Positions 60,994 to 64,000 of a stretch of 64,000 nt of DNA are shown piece by piece. The DNA is from an uncultured Desulfosarcina sp. (GTDB lineage Bacteria; Desulfobacterota; Desulfobacteria; Desulfobacterales; Desulfosarcinaceae): positions 64,001-128,000 of the forward strand of contig CAXXWQ010000001.1 in the NCBI GenBank assembly GCA_963674945.2, in the 5' to 3' direction. The notes below the pieces were generated by a model that was not told the DNA's origin, made no database searches, and saw nothing but the letters and a program-made list of their open reading frames with translations. How positions within the stretch are numbered: position 1 is the stretch's first letter; each line of letters opens with the position of its first letter. Made by a program: the position numbers and the translations under genes.

Positions 60994-61272
60994 TTATCCT
61001 CCGGTCGTCGAAAGAAAGTACTTCCAGAACGGATTGGCGAAAATCAGTATCATGGCCACCACGAAACAATAGATGGCCGTCGATTCCACCATGGCCATGC
61101 CCACGAACAGGGTTCGGGTGATGGTACTGGTCTCGTCCGGCTGCTGGGCGATTGATCCGAGTGCCTGGGCAAGGGCACGCCCCTCGCCAAGGGCCGGCCC
61201 GATGGCACCGATGGCCATGCAGACTCCCGCCGACAGAATTGATGCCAAAGCGACCCAACCGAGTGTGTCCAT
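60994..61272 (-). CDS. atpE: N-ATPase c subunit
   Basis: GAIGPALGEG, QQPD, ESTAIY. Confidence 0.95.
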   Translation of the reverse strand: MDTLGWVALASILSAGVCMAIGAIGPALGEGRALAQALGSIAQQPDETSTITRTLFVGMAMVESTAIYCFVVAMILIFANPFWKYFLSTTGG

Positions 61273-61310
61273 AGGATTCCCCCCCATATAATTGGCGATT
61301 TCGCGACAGG

Positions 61311-62051
61311 TCAAATACCTGTGGCCGCGTTTTCCCGTGCCGATATCGCGCCCGTCGGCGCCGCCGGCACTTCTTCCCGGGCCGGCGCGGTCACCTCCAT
61401 GCCGGCACTGATATAGACCGCCGCCAGGATGGCGAAGATGTATGCCTGCACCATCCCCGTCAACAGCCCCAACAGTTGCATGAGGACGGGAACGATCAGC
61501 GGCGCGATGATCAGTAAAATGGCACCGATCATGGTGCCGCTCATGACATTGCCGAACAGGCGCACGCAAAGGGCCAGGGTGCGGCTGAACTCGCCCAGAA
61601 TGTTGAACGGCAGCATGAAGGGTGTCGGCCGAAGATAATTGCCCACGTAACGTTTCGCGCCGATGGACCCGATGCCGTAAACGGGGACAGCGAAAAAGAC
61701 GCAAACGGCCAGTCCCGTCGTGGTGGACAAGGAGCCCGTGGGCGGCGCGAACCCGGGAACCACGGCCAACAGGTTGCATACGGCGATAAAGAGAAACAAG
61801 GTTCCCAAAAACGGCAGCAGGCCTCTGGGCCGGCGCGGCGAGATTTCGTCCAATTGCTTCTCAATGACGTGGACCACCACCTCGAGAACATGCTGCATCC
61901 GTGATATCCGGGCACCGGTTGTAAGGCGCCGGCTGACCAGCCAGGAGCCGGTGGTAAGAAGTGCCATCACGAACCAGGTGAACAAAATGGTGCTGTTGAC
62001 CTTCAGCAGGCCGAACTGCCACCAGATTTGATCGTCAGGGGTGAGTTGCAT
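61311..62051 (-). CDS. atpB: N-ATPase a subunit
   Basis: PPTGSLSTT, SRTLALCVRLFGN, QAYIFAILAAVYI. Confidence 0.94.
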   Translation of the reverse strand: MQLTPDDQIWWQFGLLKVNSTILFTWFVMALLTTGSWLVSRRLTTGARISRMQHVLEVVVHVIEKQLDEISPRRPRGLLPFLGTLFLFIAVCNLLAVVPGFAPPTGSLSTTTGLAVCVFFAVPVYGIGSIGAKRYVGNYLRPTPFMLPFNILGEFSRTLALCVRLFGNVMSGTMIGAILLIIAPLIVPVLMQLLGLLTGMVQAYIFAILAAVYISAGMEVTAPAREEVPAAPTGAISARENAATGI

Positions 62052-62337
62052 GAAGACAACCTTTGCTTTCGCGACCCAGTGTACGGGTCAGAACAATGCG
62101 GACCAGGAAGAATCCGGCCAGGGCAAAGAAAAACGTCGCCGGATCCTTTTGCAGTATGATCCAGAAGCCGGAAAGGACCGTCGTCAGGCGGGCGACGGCA
62201 CTGATCGCCAGCCGGCGCCCCGGCCGCCGTTTGCCGGGCACCGTCTTTACGGTCAGCCACAAACCGCCGAAATAGAACAGGCCTAAAAGAATGCCCCAGA
62301 AGAACGTCAGCATTATCAAAATGACATTCACATCCAT
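62035..62337 (-). CDS. atpR: N-ATPase accessory membrane protein AtpR
   Basis: GLFYFGGLWLTV; position between atpQ and atpB. Confidence 0.85.
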   Translation of the reverse strand: MDVNVILIMLTFFWGILLGLFYFGGLWLTVKTVPGKRRPGRRLAISAVARLTTVLSGFWIILQKDPATFFFALAGFFLVRIVLTRTLGRESKGCLHATHP

Positions 62338-62366
62338 TCGTCTAAGTTCCCCAAAAATGAATTACA

Positions 62367-62513
62367 GACGACTTCGTAAACCGTTCGAGATCAAGGCTTG
62401 CGAGTCCCGAGAATACCGCTATCGCGGGTGCCGTAGGCAGCGTACATAAAAGTACTCCGCAATGACGAGGGACGAAGCGTAACGCGGATATCGGACGGTT
62501 TACGAAGTCGTCA
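62367..62513 (+). repeat. Hairpin element family A inside the atp operon
   Basis: 18-bp perfect IR gacgacttcgtaaaccgt / acggtttacgaagtcgtc; caaggc and aacgcgg boxes; terminus overlaps the atpQ TGA. Confidence 0.9.
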
Positions 62514-62823
62514 TGGTTCTTCCCTCTCCCGATCGATGGAGTGCTTCTCCCGCTTCACCCAGAAACCGGCATTGAGGCATCCCAGGGCCAGGCCGGCGAC
62601 CAGCAGCATGAGCGTCCAGCTGTGAGGACCGGGCCAGTGCAGATCGATCCACACCCCCAAAAAAATGCACAGCACCGTGGGAATCGTTACCGCCCACCCC
62701 ACCACACCGAACATTCCCAGACCGAACCAGATGGGATCCTTTTTTTTCTCCCGGGCCCGCAGTTTGCGTTTTTCCACGGTGTTCACCGCCTCCGGGAACG
62801 TTTTTCGGCGTTTCGGCAGGTCG

Positions 62824-62831
<8 letters not shown>
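62511..62831 (-). CDS. atpQ: N-ATPase accessory protein AtpQ (AtpZ/AtpI-like)
   Basis: WFGLGMFGVVGWAVTIPT...LGVWID...GCLNAGFW. Confidence 0.85.

Positions 62832-64000
<1,169 letters not shown>

Overview
Bacterial chromosomal window, GC-rich with AT-richer patches. Gene content (ahbA, system II cytochrome c maturation, sigma54 zraPSR-like cluster, many two-component proteins) suggests a sulfate-reducing Desulfobacterales-type organism; this is an inference. 0-26 kb is mostly housekeeping (amino-acid ABC transporter, der, rarA, resB/ccsB, ahbA, trxB-like, sfsA, zraPSR-like, hybrid kinase/Hpt, lolA, nadA, yebC, rlmE, radA, mltB-like). An IS1380-family element sits inside a Shine-Dalgarno sequence at 8203-9858. 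tRNA-Glu(CTC) anchors an integrase-less Fic mini-island, followed by an accessory tract with two toxin-dead TA modules, a STAND-BTAD regulator and pseudogenes. 44-56 kb looks like a phosphate-starvation membrane-lipid remodelling locus: B12 radical SAM, a 1011-aa GH57/38-like protein, a second radical SAM, a PHP-GT4 fusion, an OlsF-like enzyme, and 11-bp-periodic Pho-box-like repeats. The window ends in an N-type ATPase operon (atpDCQRBEFAG). The most striking unannotated signal is a dispersed superfamily of ~90-180-nt hairpin elements: four stem-sequence families share four short boxes at near-identical spacing, show compensatory changes, and repeatedly abut stop codons. No CRISPR array or rRNA was seen.
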